From Eledone cirrhosa (Eukaryota): a DNA stretch of 64,000 bases. Below are positions 55,476 to 64,000 of the stretch, piece after piece. Where the stretch lies: assembly GCA_964016885.1 (NCBI GenBank), contig OZ024740.1, positions 112,406,001 through 112,470,000 on the forward strand, read 5' to 3'. The position numbers and the translations under genes are program-made. Numbering within the stretch: the first letter of the stretch is position 1; every line of letters starts with the position of its first letter. A model generated the notes under the pieces. It saw only the letters and a program-made list of their open reading frames with translations, was not told the origin of the DNA and did not search any database.

Positions 55476-55559
55476 CCATTGTTACTACCACTATTACAGC
55501 TATCAAGTCAATCTAACATTTACCTAATCTATAGTGATACAGTTGAAGATAGAAACCAA

Positions 55560-56132
55560 CAACAACATCAACAGTAATAACAGCAGTAGCAATAACAATA
55601 GTAAGAACAGTAGTAAGAACAACAACAACCATAACACTCTGTGTCAATGTAATGTCTATGAACAACAGTAACAACAATAACAATAACAACAACAGTAGTA
55701 ACAGCAGTAACAACAACAGCAGTAACAACAGCAACAACAACATCAGTAACAACAGTAACAACAACAACAACAACAGTAACAGCAACATCAGTAACAACAA
55801 CAACAACAACAGTAACAACAGCACCAGTAAGACCAACAACAGTAAGACCAACAACAGTAACAACAGCAGCAGTAACAACCACAACAGCAGTAACAACCAC
55901 AACAACAGTAACAGCCACAACAGCAGTAACAATAGTAAGAACAACAACAACAACCATATCTGTCAATATAATGTCTATGAACAGCAGTAACAACAACAAC
56001 AATAACAACAGTCTCTCTATCAATATAATGTCTATGAACAGCAGTAACAACAACAATATTAGCAACAACAGCAGCAGTAACAACAACAATAATAACAACA
56101 CTTTCTCTGTCAATATAATGTCTATGAACAGC
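55560..56132. repeat. (AAC/AGT)n tract with four copies of TCAAT(A/G)TAATGTCTATGAACA
   Basis: Copies near 55644, 55963, 56020, 56110. Confidence 0.85.
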
Positions 56133-56344
56133 CAGTTTCCTTTGTCAAATCTTATTCTTATAGATTTGATTTAACAAGCTGAATCCATGTTTTCAAACCA
56201 ATGCTGTCCATGACAATCATTATCAACCATTATTTACATTATTGTCATCATCATCATCATCTTTTTCATCATCACTATAGTACTATCTCTAGCATCACCA
56301 CCATCACCATCAATACAATCACCATTACTACCACCATCCCCATT

Positions 56345-59300
56345 ACCACCACCACAACTATCACCATTCCCACCACCAATACTATCACCATTACCTACAC
56401 CCCTACTATCACTATTACCACCACCAACACTATCATCATTACCTACACCAATACTATCACCATTACCTACACCAATACTATCACCATTACCACCACCAAT
56501 ACTATCACCATTAACTACACCAATACTATCACCATTACCACCACCAATACTATCACCATTACCACCACCCATACTATCACCATTACCACCACCCATACTA
56601 TCACCATTACCTACACCAATACTATCACCATTGCCTACACCCATACTATCACCATTACCACCACCAATACTATCACCATTACCACCACCAATACTATCAC
56701 CATTACCACCACCCATACTATCACCATTACCACCACCCATACTATCACCATTACCTACACCAATACTATCACCATTGCCTACACCCATACTATCACCATT
56801 ACCACCACCCATACTATCACCATTACCACCACCCATACTATCACCATTACCACCACCAATACTATCACCATTACCTACACCAATACTATCACCATTACCA
56901 CCACCAATACTATCACCATTACCACCACCAATACTATCACCATTACCACCACCCATACTATCACCATTACCACCACCCATACTATCACCATTACCTACAC
57001 CAATACTATCACCATTGCCTACACCCATACTATCACCATTACCACCACCCATACTATCACCATTACCACCACCCATACTATCACCATTACCACCACCAAT
57101 ACTATCACCATTACCTACACCAATACTATCACCATTACCTACACCCATACTATCACCATTACCACCACCAATACTATCACCATTACCTACACCAATACTA
57201 TCACCATTACCTACACCAATACTATCATCATTACCACCACCAATACTATCATCATTACCTACACCAATACTATCACCATTACCACCACCCATACTATCAC
57301 CATTACCTACACCCCTACTATCATCATTACCACCACCAATACTATCACCATTACCTACACCAACACTATCACCATTACCACCACCAATACTATCACCATT
57401 ACCTACACCAACACTATCACCATTACCACCACCAATACTATCACCATTACCACCACCAATACTATCACCATTACCTACACCCATACTATCACCATTACCA
57501 CCACCAATACTATCACCATTACCACCACCAATACTATCACCATTACCACCACCAATACTATCACCATTACCTACACCAATACTATCACCATTACCTACAC
57601 CAATACTATCACCATTACCACCACCAATACTATCACGATTACCTACACCAACACTATCACCATTACCACCACCAATACTATCACCATTACCTACACCAAT
57701 ACTATCACCATTACCACCACCAATACTATCATCATTGCCTACACCAATACTATCACCATTGCCTACACCAATACTATCACCATTACCACCACCAATACTA
57801 TCACCATTACCACCACCAATACTATCATCATTACCACCACCAATACTATCATCATTACCTACACCAATACTATCACCATTACCTACACCAATACTATCAC
57901 CATTACCACCACCAATACTATCACCATTACCTACACCAATACTATCACCATTACCTACACCAATACTATCACCATTGCCTACACCAACACTATCACCATT
58001 ACCACCACCAATACTATCACCATTACCACCACCAATACTATCATCATTACCACCACCAATACTATCATCATTACCTACACCAATACTATCACCATTACCT
58101 ACACCAATACTATCACCATTACCACCACCAATACTATCACCATTACCACCACCAATACTATCACCATTACCTACACCAATACTATCACCATTACCTACAC
58201 CAATACTATCATCATTGCCTACACCAATACTATCACCATTACCACCACCAATACTATCACCATTACCACCACCAATACTATCACCATTACCACCACCAAT
58301 ACTATCACCATTACCTACACCAATACTATCACCATTACCTACACCAATACTATCACCATTACCACCACCAATACTATCACCATTACCTACACCAATACTA
58401 TCATCATTGCCTACACCAATACTATCACCATTACCTACACCAATACTATCACCATTACCACCACCAATACTATCACCATTACCACCACCAATACTATCAC
58501 CATTACCTACACCAACACTATCACCATTACCACCACCAATACTATCATCATTGCCTACACCAATACTATCACCATTGGCTACACCAATACTATCACCATT
58601 GCCTACACCAATACTATCACCATTACCTACACCAATACTATCACCATTACCTACACCAATATTATCACCATTACCACCACCAATACTATCACCATTGCCT
58701 ACACTAATACTATCACCATTACCTACACCAACACTATCACCATTACCACCACCAATACTATCATCATTGCCTACACCAATACTATCACCATTGCCTACAC
58801 CAATACTATCACCATTACCACCACCAATACTATCATCATTACCTACACCAATACTATCACCATTACCACCACCAATACTATCACGATTACCTACACCAAT
58901 ACTATCACCATTACCTACACTAATACTATCACCATTACCACCACCAATACTATCATCATTACCACCACCAATACTATCATCATTACCTACACCCATACTA
59001 TCACCATTACCTACACCAACACTATCACCATTACCACCACCAATACTATCACCATTACCACCACCAATACTATCACCATTACCACCATCAATACTATCAG
59101 CATTACCTACACCCATACTATCACCATTACCACCACCAATACTATCACCATTACCACCCCCAATACTATCACCATTACCACCACCAATACTATCACCATT
59201 ACCTACACCAATACTATCATCATTGCCTACACCCATACTATCACCATTACCACCACCAATACTATCACCATTACCACCACCAATACTATCACCATTACCA

Positions 59301-59782
59301 CCACCAATACTATCACCATTACCTACACCAATACTATCACCATTACCACCACCAATACTATCACCATTACCACCACCAATACTATCACCATTACCACCAC
59401 CAATACTATCACCATTACCACCACCAATACTATCACCATTACCACCACCAATACTATCACCATTACCTACACCAATACTATCACCATTACCACCACCAAT
59501 ACTATCACCATTACCACCACCAATACTATCACCATTACCACCACCAATACTATCACCATTACCTACACCAATACTATCACCATTACCACCACCAATACTA
59601 TCACCATTACCACCACCAATACTATCACCATTACCACCACCAATACTATCACCATTACCACCACCAATACTATCACCATTACCACCACCAATACTATCAC
59701 CATTACCTACACCAATACTATCACCATTACCACCACCAATACTATCACCATTACCACCACCATTACCTACACCCATACTATT
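56345..59782. repeat. 24-bp minisatellite, ~140 copies, consensus ACC(ACC/TAC)ACCAATACTATCACCATT
   Basis: Strict 24-bp phase for 3.4 kb; variants limited to a few positions. Confidence 0.97.
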
Positions 59783-60027
59783 GCCACTGTATTATCACTG
59801 CTAGCTTACTTAACACAAACACAACTACAGATAGACTTCTATTGTCACCATCACTGTCACCATCACTATCATCATCACTGTCATCATCACTATCATCACC
59901 ACCATCACCATCATTACAATCACCATCACTACCATCATCACTATCACCATCACCATCATTACAATCACCATCATTACAATCACCCTCACTACCATTACCA
60001 CTATAATTACCACTATCATCATCAATG

Positions 60028-60254
60028 GTGAAGGTGCATGGCTCAGGTGTTGGGCTTGCAATCGGAAGGTTGTGAGTTCGATTCTCGCACTGGGTGATGC
60101 ATTGTGTCCTTGAACAAGACACTTTATTTCACATTGCTCCAGTTCACTCAGCTGTAGAAATGAGTTGCAACATCAAACAACCTTGCCTGGACTTGGCCTC
60201 GAGGAGGAACACTTTCTGGTCATTCGTGACCAGAGGGGGTCTTTACCCTTAACC
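60028..60254 (+). mobile_element. tRNA-derived SINE (family B) within CAT/CAC microsatellite
   Basis: GAGTTCGATTC B box, GTCCTTGAACAAGACACTTTATTTCAC, tail TCTTTACCCTTAACCC. Confidence 0.85.
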
Positions 60255-61284
60255 CATCATCAACATCATCATAACTATCACCAGCATTATCGTTATCACC
60301 ATTACCACCACTATCAACTTTATCACCATCACCACCATCACTCTCACTGTCATTATCACTACAATCATCACTATCATTATCACCCTCACCCTCATTACTA
60401 CTATCATCATCATCATCACTATCACCATCACTGCCACTGCTACAATTACTAATATTCTACTAATATAACCATCACCACTACCACCATTGCCGTCACCTTC
60501 AACAATACCACCACCTCTACACCCACTACCACCATCACCATTTCCATCATCATCACTACTACCCCTACCGCTACAATCACCACCACCTCTACAATTACTA
60601 CTACCACCATCATCACTATCATCATCACCACCAACACCACCTCTACAATTACCACTACCACCATCATCACTATCATCATCACCACCAACACCACCTCTAC
60701 AATTACCACTATCATCATCACTACCACCACCACCACCTCTACAATTAGCACTACCACCATACCATCACCACTATCATCATCATCATTACCACCCACACCA
60801 GCACTACAACTACCGCTACCACCACCATCATTACAGTACTAAAAGATCTATCTAGAAGTGTTAAAGATGTTTTTAAGTATTTTCTATTCCATAAAATAAC
60901 CAAAACTGACTCTTCAAAAAGTCTCCATTCCTTTTATCCTTCCTCCTCCTCTTCAGTTCTTCCCATATTTCATCCTTACTGTCTATGGAAGTGTTTATAT
61001 ATTACAGAACAGTAACAGCCATCAGGTGTGAGGGGCCAGCAAAAAAGGGGTGGAGATGGGTAGAGGTTGAGGATTTGAAGGAGAGCTTGTTTGGTCTAGA
61101 TAAATTCATTTGATACTGTAGTAATGGTGGTGATAGTAGTAGCAATAGTGGTGGTGGTGGTGGTGGTGGTGGTGGTTTAAATATCACAGTAGTTTCCTGA
61201 AATCATAAGGTCAGCACCACCCTTGTGTGTTTCTGTGTGTGTGTATGTATGTATCTAGATCATCAATACCATAAATGGAGCTAA

Positions 61285-61352
<68 letters not shown>

Positions 61353-62394
61353 TGTTTAGTCTGATTATATATAGAGGAAGGTGGTGGTGGTGGTTGGTAG
61401 CAAACAATGATCTATGTTTGAAAAACAGGATAGCAAGGCTTACCAAAGCTTCCTAGACCCCTAACTCTCCTTCAACCTCCAACAACTTCACATCTGACAG
61501 ATTGTAAATTAAATGGCAACAACAACAACAACAACAAAGCTTTTGCAGAGGAGTAGAAACCTGTCGCACCAGTGTTGAAATTACTAGATTTTTCTTGTTG
61601 TTTTTCTATTTCCAAGAGCCTGTAACACACACACACACACACACACTTGCTTGCTTGTTCTATATGTCTAGTGCTTTTAATGATAGCTATCTTAGGAGAG
61701 GTTTGATGAGTCTATAAAATCAAATCAAACTGCTTCATTCTGATTGGTCCATTCGATTTCTCTTTCTGATGTGAAAAGAAATGCTGTATATTCTTAATCA
61801 AATCAGAGGTACACATAACAAGGTGGTGTGTGTGAGGAGAGACAATGAGTCCCTACCCACTCCAGCACAAATCACTGGCAGGCATAACAAGGAGAGCATG
61901 AGGAGAGACAATGACTCCATACCCACTCCAACACAAAATTTACTGATACTATCTATTGACTGGCTACTCCTGGCAGAAGTGTCAATGCTTTTCTGGTGAC
62001 AGGGGAAAAATTTGAGCTCAGAACATACAGAGCCCAGAATAGATAACACCAATTCACCACACTCTGGACTGGGATATTACCAACCCTGGAAGGATGAAAA
62101 GCAAATTTGATCTCAAGGGTATTTGAACTCAGGGCCAGAGCAACAGTAAAGACAATGCAAAGCATTTCATCAAATGCTGTAGTGATAGGCAATTTGCTAC
62201 TTGTATAAACTTGTCTAAATTTATAAACTTCCCTAAATAATTTTAGAAAGATCAAAGGTAAAGTTGACTTCAGTAGGATTTGAACTGAAGAGTGTAGAGA
62301 AGCTAAGCAAATGTTGTAAACAAAGCATTTAATCCAATGTGCTATCAACTCTGCCAATTCATCACCTCTATAAATCAATCCAAATTTACAAACT

Positions 62395-62672
62395 TTCCTA
62401 AATAAATTTGTCAGAGCTACCCTAAATAATTTTGGCCGAGCTTCTCAAAATAATTTTGGAAGAGCAGCCCTAAATAATTTTAGCTGAGCTTCTCAAAATA
62501 ATTTTGTCTGACCTACCCTAAATAATTTTGTCTGAGCTACCCTAATTAATTTTGTCTGAGCTACCCTAAATAATTTTGATTGTGCTTCCCAAAATAATTT
62601 TGTCTGAACTACCCTAAATAATTTTGACTGAGCTTCTCTAAATAATTTTGGCTGAGCTTTCCAAAAATTTTG
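62395..62672. repeat. 24-bp minisatellite, ~11 diverged copies of AGCTACCCTAAATAATTTTGTCTG
   Basis: AAATAATTTT recurs every 24 bp. Confidence 0.9.
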
Positions 62673-63470
62673 ACCAGTTAGGTTAGTATCAGTCAGTTTA
62701 ACCTGTCTGAAAGTATCTTGCAATGATCCTTACTCTAACCTAGCTTTTTATAAACACTTGGTTTATTTTGATTCTAATTATAGTAGAAAACGAGGATACT
62801 GTTATACATATGTGTGTGTATATATAGTGTATTTATGTGTTGGATGGCTGTCACTCATGTGGGTATATGTGTGGGATGGCTACCACTCGCATACATATGT
62901 ACACTTTATATGTGTGGGATAGTTACAACTCCCACACATACATGCAACCACTATATATATTTATATGCGTGGAATAGCTACCACTCCCACAGCAACAATA
63001 TTTATACTTGTGGGTTAGCAACCATTCCCACACATACACACAGGCACTAGCTACCACTTACACGCCACACACACACATGTACATACACACTATATTGACA
63101 TAAATATATGTGTGTGGTGTGGGTGTGTGGGTATGCACAGAATAGCTATCACTCCTACACAGGAATATAACAAGGAGCTGGACTTTGTTCTTGTTTCAAA
63201 TTCTAGCCTAAACCTCATTGTATTGTGTCTCTGGGCAAATTGAAAAAAAAAAAAGCATTCTTACTCTCTAAGAGTCTTAAAAAGTCAGTCTCCCCAGCTG
63301 GAAAATAGGTACCAGTACCCACTCCACAAATAAACATCTGCCAATAATCTTAAATAAACAGACTTTCAGAATGGTAAATCAGGAGTAAAGTATGTATGTA
63401 AGTGTGTATGTGCACACATGTGTATATGTCTTTATATATATGCATATGTATGTAAGTATGTGTGTGTGTG

Positions 63471-63513
<43 letters not shown>

Positions 63514-64000
63514 GAATGAATGTGTGTATGTGTATCTAAAGAAGTGAAAGGGGGGGGGGGGGCAGGAATAAAGAAAGAAGGAGGGAAAGAAAGGAAGAAT
63601 GTAGTTTTACCAAAAATACATTTAATATGGCGCCTGCAAGTAACATCTGAATGGGGAAACAGGAATTGGAAATTTCCTTTATCTAAGAAACTTGGAATGC
63701 TGCCCAAGTCTTAAAAAATATAAGACATATGTATGTGTTGCATGTGTTTGTTGTGTTCTGCTCACATTGTTATTATTGAGTGAGAGAAGAATATGGTAGG
63801 TAAAAGGATGATTTCTAGCATTACCACTGCTATAGTCAATCCCCAAACCATCTTCACTATGGCTTTACATGATGATGATGTAGCAGGGCAATGGGGGTTG
63901 TGATGATGATAATGACAATGATGATGATGAGGATGATGTTTGTTATGTATGCTGATTTTACAGAAAAGAAAATTTGGTACAGTTAATGGATATATAGTGA

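Noticed and set aside
60241-60254. Telomeric repeat
   Set aside because: Only two imperfect units, forming the tail of a SINE
62493-62723. ORF with 8-aa repeats (AQTKLFRV)
   Set aside because: Translation of a 24-bp minisatellite; frame is closed by a stop within the array
62836-63160. CRISPR-like repeat/spacer array
   Set aside because: Eukaryotic context, diverged repeats, low-complexity spacers, no cas genes

Overview
AT-rich, microsatellite-saturated metazoan DNA. The repeat families resemble those of octopus/coleoid cephalopods (inference from recalled SINE sequences, not a database result). The window is almost entirely non-coding. It holds one 5'-truncated RTE-clade LINE with an intact RT C-terminus and an embedded PHD finger, many tRNA-derived SINEs of at least three families, TTAA-flanked piggyBac-like and TA-flanked Tc1/mariner-like MITEs, large ACC-rich minisatellites (53.3-59.8 kb) and a single plausible host exon (28408-28549). 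The most interesting signal is a set of short fold-back elements sitting in (TA)n tracts that carry type I hammerhead ribozyme folds (40297-40362 and 36755-36805, degenerate at 22773-22822), consistent with Penelope-like/retrozyme-type self-cleaving RNA elements. Also notable are a 2.5-copy ~640-bp tandem unit inserted in (TA)n and a young SINE family that inserts almost only at ATTAT targets. Nearly all ORFs in the supplied track are microsatellite artefacts.
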